This document shows positions 63,556 through 64,000 of a DNA stretch of 64,000 nt, one piece after another. The translations under genes and the position numbers were made by a program. The stretch lies in the NCBI GenBank assembly GCA_963693365.1, contig CAVNZM010000006.1, positions 5,373,264 to 5,437,263 on the forward strand, given 5' to 3'. Under the pieces are notes generated by a model. It was not told the DNA's origin, did no database searches, and was given only the letters and a program-made list of their open reading frames with translations. The DNA is from Amoebidium appalachense. Taxonomy: Eukaryota > Protista > Ichthyosporea. Within the stretch, counting starts at the first letter, position 1, and each line of letters begins with the position of its first letter.

Positions 63556-64000
63556 CTGCTTGCGCACACGTTCACACAGGAAGCTCACACCGACGCAGGC
63601 CGAGTTGTATGTACACGTTTTTTTCCCTTCAGAAACTGTCACGTTTTTATAAATTTATTTTTGTATATTTTTCTAGGCACATATATGTCTATATAGTAGG
63701 AGGTGTGAATACGTTTACTAGTTTAAAAAGATTAGGAACCACGTACAAGCCAGTGAAGCACACGTGTTTGGGTAGGCACTTTTTCACTTGTTGCACATTT
63801 ACCAGCCCCCTTTTACTTTTTCCTTACACGCGCGCACGTCGTATTCTTGGGGGGAAAACACACACACACACACCTCACCATCAGTTCGTGTTAGCAATGA
63901 GTGCTTGTGACACCGTCCACATTCAAACTTTTTTATAGGGCCCTCTCCCAGATGGAGTGGGGAGACCCCTTTCCTCCCCCCCCCGGCGAAGCACGAGCGA

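Overview
Intron-rich eukaryotic DNA, probably from a unicellular eukaryote; the lineage cannot be fixed from this window. It is saturated with poly-C/poly-G, (CA)n and (GA)n tracts, which generate almost all of the short ORFs in the supplied track. Splicing by eye recovers these elements: (1) the disordered last exon of a chromatin-type gene with an AT-hook and a C-terminal SIM-like motif; (2) an intronless amino-acid transporter; (3) a 7-exon ~314-aa minus-strand gene with a D-box-like motif (securin-like candidate); (4) a ~1540-aa spliced Zisupton/KDZ-like transposase with a complete DEDDy 3'-5' exonuclease inserted in its catalytic core, plus a truncated inverted second copy. The two copies enclose a secreted Cys-rich gene and a decayed pogo-like transposase; (5) two head-to-head, highly diverged SET-domain paralogs with identical intron phases, an atypical IND(C/I)R motif and SIM-like C-termini; (6) a TIR-bounded ~3.75-kb ISL2EU/Harbinger-type transposon whose second gene is an XPG/Exo1-family nuclease rather than the usual YqaJ exonuclease or Myb protein; (7) two copies of a ~125-bp MITE with ~9-bp TSDs. 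Several frameshifts fall in homopolymers and are probably assembly indels. All domain calls come from motif recognition, not database searches.
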